Positions 35,681 to 37,958 of a stretch of DNA of 37,958 bases are shown piece by piece. The number at the start of each line of letters is the position of its first letter. The first letter of the stretch is position 1. The notes under the pieces are model-generated. The model was not told where the DNA came from. It did no database searches and saw nothing but the letters and a program-made list of their open reading frames with translations. This DNA is from Octopus bimaculoides (taxonomy: Eukaryota): the NCBI RefSeq assembly GCF_001194135.2, contig NC_068983.1, forward strand, positions 132,613,607 to 132,651,564. Reading direction: 5' to 3'. A program made the translations under genes and the position numbers.

Positions 35681-37958
35681 CACACGCACATACACACACA
35701 CTCAGACATATACCCGCGCGCACACACCAACATACAGTCACATGCACACACATGCACACACACAAAGTGACCTTCATAATAAAGTCCATTTTAAATTTCT
35801 GTTGTGTTCAGTATCGAATCAGTTACATAGCATCGTTCCTATAAACGACAAAGAAAGCGTCAAAATACGCTTCTGGTCGTATATCGTCTTGTATTTCATC
35901 ATTTTGTTTATTTTGAGATTCTGGCTATTTTATCGCGATCAATAATCGTAGAATATTATAGAGACTGCTATTATTGTTAGTGTATTTGTTCGCGCTTTGT
36001 CTCGTAAATATTATATGGTTTCGTTTAGAAGATAAATATACTAAAAGAAGGTTATTCTAGATATTTCATCTTTTCTATCTCGATTCTTTTCTCTTTTATT
36101 TTTCTCTTTTTCTGAAGTCAGCATTGATTGAGCAGTACATGATAAAAGGCATTCAACTCCTAAACAAACCATATCTTTTCATTCTTTTTTCTTCGCCCAA
36201 TGTTATTTTTTACAACGGTATTCCTTCATAAGACGCCAAGTTGTCATCTGAGGGAAATTTAGCTGATATTTCTAACGTGTCACGTAATGCGTAGAGGCTG
36301 CATTTTGAACTAGAAATTTTTCTTTCACTCTCCTTGGGAAAATGCTGAAAAAGACCATCCCACACCAAAAAGAGATTCGTGAATATTTAAACTGAAACAA
36401 GTATTTCCACGCCTGTGTACATGAGTGATGGATTATGGCGACGGTTTTTTTTCACAAGACGTAAGAATTCCAACGCCTTAGCAACTGTGAACTTATAAAT
36501 TTTAGAATTAGCTCCAGGATGGATTTGTTCAATAACCAGATGTGATTTGAGAAGATCGATACGTTAATATATAACTAGAACAAATAGTATTCAAAGTCTG
36601 TTCACATAATTCAAGTTTTCTGTCTATCAGATGGTTTCTAAATAATCTGAAAATAAAGTCTGGGAGGTAACTTATAAATACTTTGAGCTTAGCACTTTAG
36701 TGAGTGAAAATTTTTATGGTTGAACTATATAAAATATATCGATAATACAAGCTTCCCTAACTGTTGATTATGTAGCTATTTTGATCTGCAGACACATGCA
36801 TACCTGTATGATTAAAAAAATTTACTCCATATCAACCTCATTTACGATTCGATTCTTTCGTGTGACACGTCAATCAAATATCTTCTATTACAGACTCGAG
36901 TTTATTTAAGTGTTATGTGTCATTTCAGGTAGATAGAATTTATGTCGAAATCTCCTTAGAAGGGGAGTTTTAGTTCTTAGGTACTTAAGGTGAAAAGATT
37001 TAAGTACTTAAGTCCTTGGGTACTTAAGTCATAACCACCCGACTCTCTCGCACATTCAATCTAATCTAACGTGTTGTAAGCCTTCGGGTTAGATCTCAGT
37101 TTCCTGGAAAGCTTCTATCCCTCTACTTTTTTTAATATCTAGAATAGTTTCATAGCGACTGCCCATCCGTCTATACGAAACACATAAGGCCGCTTCAGTA
37201 CATGTCAAATACATGTCATTCATATTTGCATCTTAGTTCTAGAAATATGATCAAATATGTAATACACAAGGCGACCAGCTGGGTGATTTTCATTGAACGC
37301 ATGTTAGACTTAAAAGGAATTATTAATGTTACATGAAATTCAATACATTCACCGAAGATCACCAATGAGAACTAACACAAAATAAGATTGCGTTTACCCT
37401 TCTAATTGACGTCACCAGACTATGGTTTCTGCTTTTATGCCATATTTATATTTATATATAAAGGAATATGCAGAGTAATGTTATTCAAGCATTTCCGTAA
37501 AGCTTTAGGAACCTGACCCAAGGGTTATAACTTTGAGTAAATTTGGTTTGCCATAAACATCTTACTATCTTCTATTCTATTCACCAAAGATATTATGGAG
37601 TATCTTTAACATGAAAATCATCATCATAAAGGCGTCGCCATATTCGATGTTGTTGCTCAACCTGCTTTTGATAGCTTTCAAATATTTCTCAAATCGTAAC
37701 TTACTTTAACTCGAAAACGCGCAGTTGTTAGGAGTAGAAAACTTTCGGTTATAGTTTTCCCTATTTAGAAATAAAAAGAGAATGGAAAATGAATATAAGC
37801 AACCTGCTAAAGATTTTAGCTCAGACGGCGTAGAGAAAAAATACAATCTGTTATGCTCACATTCTTTGTGAATGGTGCGTTGTTTGAATACACATGAGGC
37901 GTCGCTAACACAAGGAGGAACGAGGAGTTCTGTCTGAAAAAGTTTCATAATAGCAAGA

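Noticed and set aside
34861-36030. About 70-bp diverged direct repeat (34861-34935 versus about 35962-36030)
   Set aside because: The similarity is real but short and degenerate, most likely two fragments of an ordinary dispersed repeat.
37706-37948. 80-aa minus-strand ORF and a 56-nt candidate exon (KTITESFLLLTTARFRVK)
   Set aside because: No recognisable family; may be a decayed LINE 3' end. Its phase is incompatible with direct splicing to the 35382 candidate exon.

Overview
AT-rich, microsatellite-dense eukaryotic DNA from a short-read-type assembly, with 11 N-gaps, most flanked by (AT)n. The SINE families look like those I recall from Octopus (coleoid cephalopod); this is recall, not a database result. 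I found no convincing host protein-coding gene, and the long ORFs in the track are artefacts of N-runs and microsatellites. The window is intergenic or intronic transposon debris: about nine tRNA-derived SINE copies, Penelope-like element (PLE) remnants (a GIY-YIG endonuclease and two RT fragments), restriction-like-endonuclease (R4/Dong-type) and RTE LINE remnants, and several foldback or inverted-repeat structures. The most unusual items are a perfect 77-bp-arm hairpin (28239-28398), a diverged 846-bp-period tandem duplication that weakly suggests a TAA/TAG=Gln reading (11.8-13.2 kb), hammerhead-like cores in PLE-type termini, and one candidate exon resembling the pre-M1 segment of Cys-loop channels. 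I cannot support a new biological system from the sequence alone.
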